DNA of 61,605 bases, the filler included, from Sluysia triapertura (lineage: Eukaryota), in assembly GCA_046118255.1 (NCBI GenBank). It is 5 parts of 5 records of this genome, joined end to end, with 100 filler letters (N's around TTAATTAATTAA, not from the genome) between each part and the next. Parts side by side here need not be neighbours in the genome. Positions count along the whole stretch, not along the records: positions 38,684 to 49,516 come from JBJNIA010192883.1; positions 49,617 to 61,605 come from JBJNIA010149607.1; 3 more parts are not named here. One strand, 5' to 3'. Positions 43,230 to 56,569 of the stretch are shown piece after piece; position 1 is the first letter of the stretch; each line of letters begins with the position of its first letter. The notes beneath the pieces are model-generated. The model did no database searches, had not been told where the DNA came from, and saw only the letters and a program-made list of their open reading frames with translations. The translations under genes were made by a program, and so were the position numbers.

Positions 43230-44168
43230 TGTTAGGTTGCCATCACAACCCTACAAAATAATTCTAAAGCAACATAATAACACCTTAAAATTATTTAAAA
43301 TCATAAAAAATATTATAAAATCAATTAAAATTAATTTAAAAAAATTTATTTTCCAAAAAAGAAATTTATTTTCTAAAAAAGAAATTTTTTCCAAAAAATA
43401 AAATAAAATTTCGAAAATAGAAAATAAGCTTCTAAAAATTTATTAGAAGCTTCTAGAATGTTCTAGAATATTTTAGAACATTCCATCGATTTTCATTGGA
43501 TGATGACTGGTATATAAGCTAGCATCATACAATGAAAATCGCCATTTGAAATAAGCAGCCATTTTGAATAATTAGCTATTTACAAAATCATCAGTTAAAA
43601 ATTTGTCAAATTCAGTTCTTCTCAAATCAGTTAAAGGATTTTACTTGCTACAAGATATTCTCTGGATTTCTGCGAAGAAATATTCCATGAAACAAGTAAT
43701 TTGTTCTATTTAAGGTTAATATTAGTCTCGTTTAAGGGGATTGATATTTTAAAATTTACTTAAAATATATTTAAAGCAGTTTAATTTGTAAAGTTCCCCG
43801 ATATATTGAGGGGTAAAATATACGTAAATTGTTATTTATAATTATTAAATACTTATATAAGTTTTAATAATATAATTTTACAATTTATTTCTGTCTTTAC
43901 CCTAGTTCTATTAAGTATATTACTGTTCATTCAAATTGTAAATTTTGTCTTTTAAATAAAAATATTTCGTAGCTTTTGTGAATTCATTTAGGAATCGGTT
44001 GTACCTCGTAAGTTAAGATTAAAAGTTTTTGTTAATTTAACTCGTTTAACTTATTAGTTACAGGAATGCCAACGATACGTTGTAAGACACTTACTGTAAC
44101 CGAACCCTGCTCGATTTTTTAATATTTTGCCGTAGGTAAGTGTTAGAAAAACCACAGCAATCCTAATA
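43230..44168 (+). mobile_element. LTR-like repeat family B, copy 1
   Basis: Starts TGTTAGGTTGC, ends GCAATCCTAATA (imperfect inverted termini); TATA box, AATAAA, CCCCGATATATTGAGGGGTAAAAT and CTTACTGTAACCG.ACCCTGCTC blocks shared with 52983-53880. No TSD found. Confidence 0.75.
43445..43517 (+). promoter_or_regulatory. Heat-shock element (8 alternating nGAAn pentamers) plus TATA box
   Basis: aGAAg cTTCt aGAAt gTTCt aGAAt aTTTt aGAAc aTTCc at 43445-43484 (7/8 perfect); TATATAA at 43511. Confidence 0.7.
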
Positions 44169-45365
44169 GACCGCCTTCGTTCAGATTTAAGTCACATCTA
44201 TTAGGCGAGCTGACCTCTAGAATTCTTTGTGCAAACATAAGTTAAGTCTTTTGCAACTCAAAATGTCTACCACAAATAAGTTCTGATAAATATTTTTCTT
44301 CTAAAATACTTAATAATCTTCAAGTAATTTGCTATTCCTCGGTAGTTAGCATTAGATTTTGAAATAGATGATATAAAACTTGCTACTTTTTTTATTAGTC
44401 TATAAAATTGTTGTTGGCTAAATAAAGTCAAAGCAAGTGAGTTTTCTGCTTGTAATGTTATTTTTTTAAAATTACTTTTGTTTCATGGCAAGCGTAACGG
44501 AAGCATCATCATGAGTTGTAATTCTGTTCTTGCTTTTATTGATATCTATTGTAATTCTTTCAGTTAAGATATCGCATGAAATATCTTCTTTATTTGAAAA
44601 CAAATACTAACAAAAATATCATTAAAATGTAAAAAGTAAAGATAAATTAAACTCATTTAAAGTAATATTTAGCAAAACATTGTCAATAAAGTAAACTAAA
44701 TTTTATAAACCTAAATATATTTAAATTGAAATCAAATTTTAATATTAAGAATTAATTTATTTAGAAGTTCTCAAAATATATATTTTAAGAGTTTTCCGAA
44801 TACTTATTAAAATAAAATAGTTAAAAATTGATTATAATGCAGTAAAATAAAGTTTCGTAATTCATATTTTAGCTAATAAATTATAAATTAATTGGCATTT
44901 ATTTAATGTTTCATATAAAAATTCATTTTAAAGTACAAAACGGACTAATTGTTAAAAATTGGTTTAATAGTTAATAATGATTATCATGGTGCTTTAAAAT
45001 TTTAGATGAATTAATAATATTGAAATAGTTTAAGATATCCATTAACATTTATTATTTACTTCAGGTTCAATGTTTATATAAGGATAATTGTTTCCATAAA
45101 TATTAAATATATAGTTTTTAAATTAATTTTATTTTTAGAAGGTGAATTAAAAATTGATATGCATTAATAATATTGAAGTAGTTTAAGATATCCACTAATC
45201 GTATTATTTAACGCATTGTTTACACAAATTTTATTTATATAGTTTTTAAATTAATTTTTTTATAAATAATTTTACTCATTTTAAGTAAACGGTAATAAAA
45301 TCAATCATTTGTTATTGGTTTTTTTCTGATTTTTATTTTTGTATTTGTCATCAGGTTGTATAATA

Positions 45366-46104
45366 ATGAGTAGTAGCGAAGAAGTTAGTTGGATTTCGTG
45401 GTTTTGTGGTTTAAGAGGCAATGAATTTTTTTGCGAAGTAGATGAAGAATATATTCAAGATAGATTTAATTTAACTGGACTTAATGAACAAGTTCCTCAT
45501 TATAGACAAGCATTAGATATGATATTAGATCTCGAAGCTGGTATGTATTTATTTATTTGCATTTGAAATTGTATTAAGAAGAGGATGTAGAAGAAAACAA
45601 TAATCAATCGGATATTGTGGAACAAGCGGCAGAAATGCTTTATGGTTTAATACATGCTCGTTATATCTTGACTACTAGAGGAATTAGTCAAATGATGGAT
45701 AAGTGGCAACAAGGTGAATTCGGCGTTTGCCCTAGTGTTTGTTGTGACAATCAACCTGTTTTGCCTATTGGTTTATCTGATATTCCTGGTGAATCTATGG
45801 TAAAATTGTATTGTCCAAAGTGTCAAGGTGTTTTTACTCCAAAGTCAACACGTCATCATCATACAGATGGGGCTTACTTTGGAACTGGATTTCCTCACAT
45901 GGTATTTTTAGTTCATCCTGAATATCGGCCAAAGCCGCCAACAAATAAATTCATCCCAAAGTAATTAGATTCAATTAATTTTTTATTTCTAGGCTTTATG
46001 GATTTAAAATTCATCCATTAGCTTATCAACTTCAATATCAAGCTGCTGCAAATACATGCAAAATGCTACCATCGCGTAATATGTATGGAAATAGTAAGCG
46101 TTAG
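45366..46104 (+). CDS. CSNK2B: Casein kinase II regulatory subunit beta, 222 aa
   Basis: Exons 45366-45540, 45579-45960, 45993-46104; introns of 38 and 32 nt; [26 protein letters not shown], Zn finger [30 protein letters not shown]. Confidence 0.98.
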
Positions 46105-47217
46105 AGTTTGGTATTTTGGAGTATATGGTTTGACTTAATGAGAGTGCTCGTTAATGAAAAGTATCAATAAAATAAATCGTTTATAATTTTGATGTGATTT
46201 GTGTGAAAAGTTTATGATTTCTTAAATTTAAAGTTTCTATATAACTTTAAGGTGCATAAGTGTGAAGAAGTTGAGTTTTCTGTATAACCGTAAAGCAATA
46301 AAATTTAAGTTAAATTTGCTTTATGAATAGTACGTTCAAGTATTTAATATTAGTGAAAAATAAATACTTAATTTAGAAATAAAGTTTTACGCCGCTTGAG
46401 CATTAATCATATAATTTAGCCTAATAAGTTTAGCGAGAAAATGCCATAAATATTTTAAATAAATTTATGTTGTGAATGTTAAATGTCCTTTTCTCTTTTT
46501 TGGATTATAATTCGATAAAGAAAAACCATTTTAACTGAACAAATTAGCTAATTTATTAAAAACTGACAATTAATATTAACTATTATAGTTGTAGCTTATG
46601 ATTCAAAATTTGAGACCAATGAAATCTTTTTCAACGCGTAATTTATATATTAAAGGTTTTAATTCCAAAGTAAAAATTGTTAAAAGATACATTAAAACAA
46701 AAACAATTTGTTATACGTACGTATTTGTATATTTACTTTAATTGTTTAATAGGTCGTTTCTAAGTATCGTAAAAATGTTTTAAATTATACGTAATGCTTA
46801 AAATTCGAAAAAATTGCAGAACTAGATTATAAATAACAAGCAAATGTCTAAAATTTGTTAATTTATAAAATGTAATATTTTATGTACGCACTTGATACTT
46901 CATTTTAATTACAATTTTAGGCAAATGTATAGATAAAATATGCCCTGAATAACATAAATTGACTATATTAATATTAGAATTAAATATAAGCGATGCAACC
47001 ATTATACAAATGTAAAATAAATTTAATAATGCAACCGCGTAACCTGTGGTAAATTCGATTAAAGTATCTTGTAAATTGTTTATTTACCTATATTAAAGTG
47101 TTTTAATTAAAGAATCTACATTCAAAATAATCGATATATGTCCTATTGAAAAACATACTCGATTTAATCTTAACTTTTACGCCTGTTTCTTATGTCAGAT
47201 AGGATGTCGCGTTTTAA

Positions 47218-47439
47218 CCCTTTCGCTGCTCTACACATATTCGTAAAAATAATAATACGCTCAAAGCGAGTATTTTCGCATCATGTTTTAAAATGGTTTC
47301 CTGTTCAACACGACTATTTGCGCCACATTACATACGGATGGAAATCTACGAGTGTGTGTGCTGTCTTATGTATTTGATATTTTGCAACTTTGTTGGCTTA
47401 ACCATGCAAAATTTCAAAACATGTTGCGCAGCGAAATGG
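47218..47439. mobile_element. piggyBac-type MITE, copy 2
   Basis: TTAA-CCCTTTCGCTGC...GCAGCGAAATGG-TTAA. Confidence 0.88.
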
Positions 47440-48269
47440 TTAACAAAATACATTTAATAATAAAATTAAATGAATTAGGCCTTAATTAAAAACATAATTA
47501 GAATGGATTCAACACTCAAATGAAAAACAAAAACATAAATAGAGACAAAATGTGATTAATAATCGTACAAAAGATTTAGTTTAAGTTAATCGAATATTTG
47601 GATCGGTATCAATGATCGGAACGTTATCATAATAAAAATCTGAGCCGATTCTGATTAATCTAAATAACATATTTTTCTTGGTTTGGGCTCTGAAGAAATC
47701 GATGATATAAATTTGTGTTTTGTGTTTGTGTTATTTTTTATTAAGTTTTTGCCTTAAACAATAAGGCTTGAAATCATTCATAATTTTGGCCTAGATTGAA
47801 TTGTTTTTTACTGTGGAGAAAAATCTCAATAACCTAATATTGTATATTTATTAGGTTATAATGTAATTTTTATTATTAGTTAATAAATAATTCATTTTTT
47901 TGCTTATTACTGTGTCGAATTAAAAAATATACACAGAAATAAATTATACTTAAAAGATGCGGTTAAAAGTATAATAAATAAACAAAAATAGTATTCTACA
48001 GACAAAAAAAGTCAACAACTCCTTAGATAAACAACAAGAACCAATCCTTATAAATAGATTAATTTATATGAGGTAAATTATACGTGAAGTATCACTCTGA
48101 TAACTCTAAAATAAATTACGGCACAATAAAGAGTTCAAATCGCTTTGTGATCCTCAATACAAGTTAAATTCACATATTTGAAAATTAGTCAAATTCTGTG
48201 ACACGTCTTCTCAGTGATATAAACTTTTAGTTACAAGTCAATCCAGCGATAATTAATTAATAAAAACGC

Positions 48270-48395
48270 ATATGCGAGATTGGAAGACTTTCGTAAATAA
48301 ATACACAGAGGATATTATGCAAAAATATTAAATATAAGAAGAAAACCGAACGAAACGGTTTGTGAATTCTCCTGAGCACTTGAACATTCAGTAGG
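48270..48395 (+). mobile_element. Retrotransposon gag-like fragment
   Basis: DWKTFVNKY...AKILNIRRKPNETVCEFS*AL resembles the Ty3/Gypsy gag RQxxxETVxEF motif. Confidence 0.4.
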
Positions 48396-48959
48396 CGAGG
48401 TGAAAATCCCAAATGAGAGAAAAAAAACTTTAATAGATAATTTTAAGACTTGGTGATGTCTGTAACAAAGAATTTATGTTGTTTGAATAACCACCATTCA
48501 TTGCTTGTGATTTAATCTTTTTAATATTCTTTAAATTAACAACGATAATTATATGACCAATTTATAAACTGTAAGAGTAAGAAAGAAGTCGATTTGACTT
48601 GATATTTACTGAACAATTTATTTATTAATGAACAATTACGATATTTATTTATTATTGTTATTTAAATATTATAAATATTATTGTTTGATTTTTCCTTACT
48701 TTCTTAACCTAACATTTATAATTCTAAAAACGGGTTCGTCTGCAGTTTACGGTTTAAAACGTAAAGTAGACGTATCCACTTTAATACGGGTTGCATAATT
48801 TGTAAAATCTAAAATTTCATTAAACAACACCTGTTGGGATTGCCCAACTATGGATCTGGAAATGAATGAAAATATATAAAATCACAAAATGAGGGAAAAA
48901 CTGATAAATTGAAGATTATAAACATTGTTGAAATAAGAATCATGATAAAGAAAACATTT

Positions 48960-49390
48960 ATAATAATGTTAACAGTTAAAGAATACCTTGGAGTTCCAAA
49001 GACCTATATAAGGATTTGAGATCTTGTGGAAGTTTGAGATGGACTTGAAAAACCTTTAGAAGCATTGAGGCACCTTTGAACTTTAGAACATCTGGATCAT
49101 TTAAGAACTTAGCAACTTTTAAGTATCGATAAGCATTTGAGATCCTTAAGTAACCTTATAAAGTGCACAAAATCTTTAAAATGGTTGAGAAATTAAATCT
49201 TTGTTCAAAATAATTAAGATACGTTCATTATAGTAATAATTAACTTGGAGAAGTAGAAAAAGGAATCAGAGAGGTGAATGTGAAAACATCTAGAGCCTCC
49301 TGAATACTTTATAAATTATTAAAAAACTTTAGAATTTCAATAAAACCTTTAAACATAGAATAAGGTTAAGTCTAAAAATAGATTAATTAA
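48960..49390 (+). repeat. Family A copy (inverted), truncated at a TTAA-CCC insertion and gap
   Basis: Reverse complement of 4010-4091 plus 5443-5750, with an empty solo-LTR site; TATATAA at ~49005. Confidence 0.85.
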
Positions 49391-49516
49391 CCCTTCGTAA
49401 CTCAATATCTTAAAAAAACATATATTTTGTGTGAAACGGTAGCTTTTTGTAAATAATAAAACACGTATTTTTTTGTTTTTATTTATTTTTAACATAAACA
49501 TATAAAAAATATGAAA

Positions 49517-49616
49517 NNNNNNNNNNNNNNNNNNNNNNNNNNNNNNNNNNNNNNNNNNNNTTAATTAATTAANNNNNNNNNNNNNNNNNNNNNNNNNNNN
49601 NNNNNNNNNNNNNNNN
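49517..49616. other. Artificial assembly linker
   Basis: TTAATTAATTAA at 49561-49572 between 44-N runs. Confidence 0.95.
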
Positions 49617-50287
49617 TAAAAATTCATAAGTTTAAGTGAAATTTTACTAATGATATTCTTCGAATATCTGAACTTAATAAAAATTGAGCTAACGTGATCC
49701 AAAATAGTTCAATGTCTGCGATAAAATACAAAAATTATTTTCTTTGATTCGAATATCTGCACCGAAATAGAAATTGTCTTGTTTAATGATTAAACTCTTG
49801 AGTAAAGATTTAAAATCAAAATTTTGTTGTGAGTGTTATGTGATTTTATAACAGTATATATAGTAGTATTAATCTAACATTGAGGTTAGATTAAAACAAA
49901 AGGGTATATTTAAAATAAAGTTTTTAATTAAAATAATTGGATCTCATTAGCTTTAAAAGGATTAAAATTTAATTTAATTTAATAATAACATTAGCTTTAA
50001 AAATATAAAATAATTTTATAATAAAAATTAAAAACGTACTTTTAAAATTTACAAAAATCCAAAATTAATACAAATTAGCATTAACCATAAATCAATAATT
50101 ATAAATAAAACTTTACAAAAATAAAAACAATAATTATAAATAAAGCACAAAAATCATTAATTACAGAAAATTACACAAAATACTGTTTGTAAAATTATAC
50201 AAAATGAGTCATTACTGTTTGATACAAAATTAGTCATTACTATCTGTATGTACTTTATACTTTACAGAACCATATTAAACGATCATT

Positions 50288-50392
50288 TAAATTGTAAAGA
50301 ATATTAGATTAAGTTGCATCAAAGTAGATAAAGAATAAACAATTATTAAATTGTAAAGAATATTAGATTACGTTGCATCATAGTAGATAAGG
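50288..50392 (+). repeat. Local ~59-bp tandem duplication
   Basis: TAAATTGTAAAGAATATTAGATTA.GTTGCATCA.AGTAGATAA occurs twice. Confidence 0.85.
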
Positions 50393-52982
50393 ATACTTTA
50401 ATCTTAGTTTATTTGACATTTGACTTTCTGTGAATATGTCTTTCGTGAGATATTAATCGTATATCACAGGCGGACCTAGAAAATTAATAATATCATAATT
50501 GTTAGTCTTAAAAAAGCTGAACACACTCAAGTGCCGATGTAAAAATATCACCGTTAAAGAAAATGGAAATAATGGAGGACAAAAGATAATGTGTGCAATT
50601 ATATGTCCGCTAATATTAGCGAGATTAAATTTCATTTAAAAAGATCTATTAAATAAAATTTAGGATTATTAGGTTTACTATTTTTATTATAATTTTCAGA
50701 GTTTATTTTTAAGTTGCAGCTATGTAAATTAAAAAGGGGACGTTTATCAAATAATTAGTTGACGGGATAGTATTCAATGACTATCTTCCAAAATGAGAAA
50801 TTGCGTAAATATATACACAGCTTATTTGCATATTTTTAATAGGCTGTTTATTTAATATCAACCAATTACAAATTCTTTACATTGAAAATAGTTTATTTTA
50901 AATTAACAACAATTTATGGATAATGAACAACTAAAAAATTTTATCAATATTAATAGGTGTTCAACTTTTTCTTATTTGCGAACAATTATAAATTATTAAA
51001 TTACGGCTTCGCCTGTGATGCACGGTTTATATTACGTGAAAGACGTGCTCGAAGGATTTTTTGGTGAGGAATGCTGCGCAAAAGAGTTCCTGATTACTTG
51101 AATGCAATCCATTGATTGTTAATATTCTTACTACTTTATTAACTTTGACAAATCCTAATGCAATGATACTTATAATTATTCAGTTAAAGTTTACAATTTA
51201 ACTATGAAATTATTTACTTAAAATTACAACTTTAAAATTAAAGAAAAACTTCCGAAACAAATATACATTCTTTAAAAAAACAAAAAATATAAATTAAACG
51301 ACAGTTATAAAATATAAGTTTATAAACATAAAAAATTCTGGATTTCTCCTGGATAAAACAAACTTTGTATTTTGAGTAGGATTTTGACTCAGGAGAATGC
51401 TTGAGTTTTTGAAATAAATTAATGATTTTAAGTTGATTTTAAGGCAAGTTATCTACGCCAAGACCTTACAAAAACTAACATACTTATTCATGGAAACGAG
51501 TAGTCTTGATCAATTAGTAATTTCCGAATGTATTTGTTGACAATTAGTTTTTGGTTGCACTGAAGAATTTTCAATATATGCAAACGAGTTTGTATCCACG
51601 TAATTATAGTTGATTATTATTAATTCCACTAAATTCCAAAGAGCTCCAAACGAATTTGTGTAAAAAATCTTCTTAATCGTTAATAATTCTGCTGCTATGG
51701 TTATGTCTATTATAGTGTTCGATCTTTTATATGATTTTTCTCGCCACCATGAATAAAGTTGAAGTTTTTATAAACAAATCGATTAAATTTTTTCGTTTAG
51801 ACGAATACGTTCCGTCAAAATAAACAAATAAATAATAACGAAGATCCATAATGTAAATAATTACTAACTTATTTTCCGTTTTAAAATGATTTCCTTTATA
51901 TAAATTTCAAAGTTTAAAATTAATTAAAAGTTTTTTCGAAATTAATTAAATTTATTTTATTTATTTAAATTACATTTTATTTTAAATTTACTTTAAATAT
52001 ATACAAAAAATTTTAAATGTATACAAAAACTTTCCAATTTACCTATGAATATAAAATGTTACAATGCTGTATAAAATTTCGACGATAAATTAAAATAGTA
52101 TAAATAATAAGTTATTAAACCAATGAAGTATAGACAATAATGGCTAATGAGAATAAAAATTTTGAATATTAATTTGTTTTTAACAATTAATATATGTATT
52201 TTATTGTTATTACAAAACTTTAATTCATTAACGAAATTTTACTATTATTGAAAACTTTTAAGTTTATTTTATTATTTTCTATAAATTTTGACTTATTCAA
52301 TTTTATAAACTAACAGTTGATAGCGTGTTTCTTTAAATCTTTTCTAAAAAATTTTCAAAATCCAATCGTTTAACAAATTATTGTATTTGTGGCTTTATAA
52401 TTTTTCACAGTTGTTCATAATAGTTCAGAAACAATGTCTTCAAACATATTCACAAAATTCGTTATTTTTATAAATTCGTATATCAAATTGATGATTCGAA
52501 TTACCCAAAAATTGTCAATTTAAAATTTGTAAATGATTATGTCTAATTGTGATATACTTTTTCACTAATGACTTCACTTATTTATATTAATTCTACTAAT
52601 AAGGTCATTTGACCTTAAATGCTGCTGACTGATGCTACGCTTTAGAATGAATTGTATAATACTACGCTCTAAAATAAACGTAAAACTTCGTATTTTTGGA
52701 TACTAAATAATATTAATAATGATAATAATAATGCTAATAAAATAATAATAATCATATCACTTTTGAATAATATTTTTAAATAATAATACAATAATAAAGT
52801 ATAAGACTATAAATTATAAATACTTTAGTAACAACTATTATCTTTCTAAAATATTAATTAAAGATACCACATAAATTAACAATAAAATATTAATTAGAGA
52901 TTAAAATATTAAATTACATTTAATTATTTATACATTTACATATTAAAGATTAAAATATTACAAATTACATTACATTTAATAC

Positions 52983-53880
52983 TGTTAGGTTGTCATCACA
53001 CCTTACAAATACTTAAAACTATTTAAAATTATCAAAAAATTAAAAGAAATCATAGAAAATCTTTAAAATTACTTAAAAACAATTATTTTCCAAAAAAGAA
53101 AATAAAATTTCTAAAAGAAAATTAGCTTCTAAAAATAGTATAGAAGAATATAATCTATGATATTCTAAAACATTCCACCGATTTTCATTGGATAATGACT
53201 AGTATATAAACTAGCATCAATATAATGAAAATCGCCATTTGTACATCGCAATTTTGAAATTAATATCATTTTTTAAAATCATTGTGAAGCAGTTATTGAA
53301 CATCATCATTTTTAATCTGTCAATCCTCACCATAATTAAATTTGGGAAACTTGGAATTTTTTACAATTTGGAGACAACGATCAACATTTAAAGTCCGTGA
53401 ATAAAGTATTAAGATTTGATATTAACTTTATTTAAGGAAGTTAATATCCTAAAATCTACTTAAATTATCATTACTTTTAGTCAATTTTAAGATTTCCCCG
53501 ATATATTGAGGGGTAAAATCACAATTAAATAAGTTAAAGGTTCGAGAGAGTTTTAACGATATAATAAACTATTGTGATTTTTGTTCCTTCTGTTTTTTGT
53601 ATCTTTTATCTTATAAACAATTTTAGTTACCTAACTTTTGTAATTTTTTAAATAAAATTTCATGAGACGTTTGTGATTTTATTTGATAATTAAACCTTAA
53701 ACATTATAATTTGACCGTCTTAGATTTAAATTGTCAGTTTAGGTTATTACGTTTGACTTAAATTATATTGTTACAGAAATGCCCTCTTTACGACATAAAA
53801 CGCTTACTGTAACCGGACCCTGCTCAAAAATATTTTGCTGTATGTTAAGTGTGCAGGGGTTTTCTTAATACAAAAACCTA
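52983..53880 (+). mobile_element. LTR-like repeat family B, copy 2
   Basis: Colinear with 43230-44168; HSE degraded, hairpin and TATA retained (53179-53234). Confidence 0.75.
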
Positions 53881-55859
53881 ACTTACAGCAAAATAATTTA
53901 TTATTCTGAGTCCGTTTACAGTATACGACTTACTAATGACGTACCTATGAAATTACGTGAAAACAAGTATTAAGATTAATCGAATATAAGTATTCTTTGC
54001 CTTAACTTAACAATAATGGGCAAAAAATCGTCGTCCATGTCAATAATACTAAATAGTTTAAAAATAATCAAGACCAACGCTGGCTTATGGAATACCTAAG
54101 TTAATATAAAATTCAAGTGAATAATATTCGTATAAAACGTGTCGTTTTTATATCTTCAAATCTTAATATGATGGCCGTTAGAATTTTTTTTGGTTCTTAT
54201 TAAAATGTAATGAAACAATATTGGAATCAACGTATTTTCGATTAAAATATATATTAATTATGAATTATTCGTAAAGCAAAATAACTATAAACTTAATTTA
54301 AGTTGCATCGTTAATATTAGGACAATTATAATATTGAAAATTTTTAAATATTTTTATTACATAATAACGGATAAAAATTAAAATAAAAGTGACTATAAAT
54401 TTATAAAGTTCAAAAAATAAGTTTCAATTATAAATAATAAAATTATAATAAAGATAAAATTTAAGTTATAATAAAGGTCTAGCCGTTATACTCTACTTGT
54501 AATAATTATTTTATAATTGACCTTAAGGGCTAGCTAAAATATAATGAATTTATATTTTAGATTGATTTTGTGATTGGCCTTAATGACTAACCGTAAAAAT
54601 TAGTAGTTTAAGTGCAGATTTTAGCTCAATGTGAGTTTGCAAACTATGTGAAACAAACTTACGAATTAATCAGTAATATTGTTAATCGGTTTCCAGGAAT
54701 ATTGTTTATAATTGAATTGACTGGTCGAACTCTCACTGTTTGGAAAGTGCTATCCCTCTAATCGAATGCGTGGGATTTACACAATAACTTGGAAAAATGA
54801 ATGAATGTGGCGATACCAAAATGGCGAATTTAGTTTTTTGTTCAGCTTTATTTGTCTTCTTTATATATACATAGACATCTTTAAAAATTGAATTTTCTTT
54901 TCTATTTTAAAATAATTGAATAATAATTTTAATTTTTATATAATTTAAATAATAATTTTTTTAATAATACAAATTTTAATATTTTTTTATAATATAACAC
55001 AAACCATAAAAATACAGAAATATTTTACACCTTTAAATTTACTATAATTTTTATGACAGTTTTCATACGATGCTAGAATAGAGTATGATTGTGGCAAATC
55101 AGGATGGTTATAGGTTTATAACTTGTAAAATGTGGTAACGTCTTTGATATAGAACAATATTACCTAATTTATTGTAAATTAAAGAATGATCCAAAAACAT
55201 AATGACATTGTATGAAATGTTTGAGAAGTGACACCCAAGAAAATAAAGATTATTAAAGCTCTACCATCTTTAAGCTCTTTATTGATAGTTTATTTTTATT
55301 AATTTATTAACATAAAATTTTAAAAATTCAAGATTAACTTTACATAGAATGATTTATATTAACTATTTAGGAGCATTATCAAAGTTTAACTCTAATTTTT
55401 ATCTTTGAATTAATTTTGAAATGTGTTGCTGAGGTAACAGTACTTTTGATTCTAAGTACTTCTCTTATGATGTATCTCCAAAAAACAATAAACTATTGTC
55501 AAAAAATTATAAGTAAATTAATTAAATTTTAATATTAAGCACCATAACTAGTACAATGTGTTCAGATTACGAACACAGTAAGAACTTAGAACGATACACT
55601 TATTATAATAGCAAAATGTATGACCATAAAAATATTTTAATAGTATAAGTGTAGTAAATCATAATATATTTAAAAATAAAAAACTAGTTAATAATAAAAA
55701 TTAAATCAACAATAAATCAACAAGTTAATACCAATATGAAACTTGTCTTAATATTTTAATTCCACATAACCCATTAGCATAATCAGTACCTAAAAGTTCA
55801 TTTTCTTATAATACTTTATATTTAAAAAGTTAAAAAGTTATATCATTAAAAGTTAGATC

Positions 55860-56380
55860 TACAAATAATAGTTGAAAGTAGTGAGGAAAAAAGGATGACG
55901 TAATTATTGCAGAAACGAACTTAAATTCATTAATAATTGGAGTGATAAGGTGCTTCAAATTCATAAAATTTGTATATGACAAAATCGTGTATTGTATGTA
56001 TTAAAAGATAACAATGGTGAGACTGTACAAAGAAAATTCTACCACAAAGAATTACAAGTTTTACTTGAAAAACCGATAATCTATCCTGTAGAATAAATTT
56101 TAGAAACTAAAGATAAAGGAAAAAACCAAAAAGTTACATATTACAAGGGTTGAGTGTAAGAATGTAATGGATACCTGAATCTCAATCAAGTGACATAAAC
56201 AGCAAGGTAATTTATTTATTATCATCAAGTGAGTAGTGAAATATTTCATTTAATATTACCAAACTACTGGTGCCCACTCTTTCAACCTAAGAATAATGCT
56301 AGAATTTTCATTATAGATTATCAAAATCCAATTATCTGACAAATTAGAAGATACATTTCTCGAATTTACTTATAATTTTT
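55860..56380 (+). mobile_element. Decayed Polinton/Maverick fragment: integrase C-terminus with chromodomain, then start of the next conserved ORF
   Basis: NWSDKVLQIHK..YVLKDNNGETVQRKFYHKELQ..YPVE*ILETK..WIPES, followed by FHLILPN..QPKNNARIFIIDYQNPI..LEFTY. Confidence 0.75.
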
Positions 56381-56569
56381 ATAAAATTTCAATTAGAGAG
56401 GGAACAAATATTATTTAGTAAATTAATGCAGCTAAAATTTACCTTCCAATTTTAGTCCAAAATTCTACGATTAATTTTGTACGACCTTATGCGGAACTAC
56501 GGCATCACAGGTCGCACGAAGCCTTAATAGTGTAATTGGTTCGCCTATTTTACAGGTAACTTTAGCCAA

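Noticed and set aside
44280-44600. LINE RT fragment (NYRGI motif, minus strand)
   Set aside because: Only one short motif; too weak to list as a feature.
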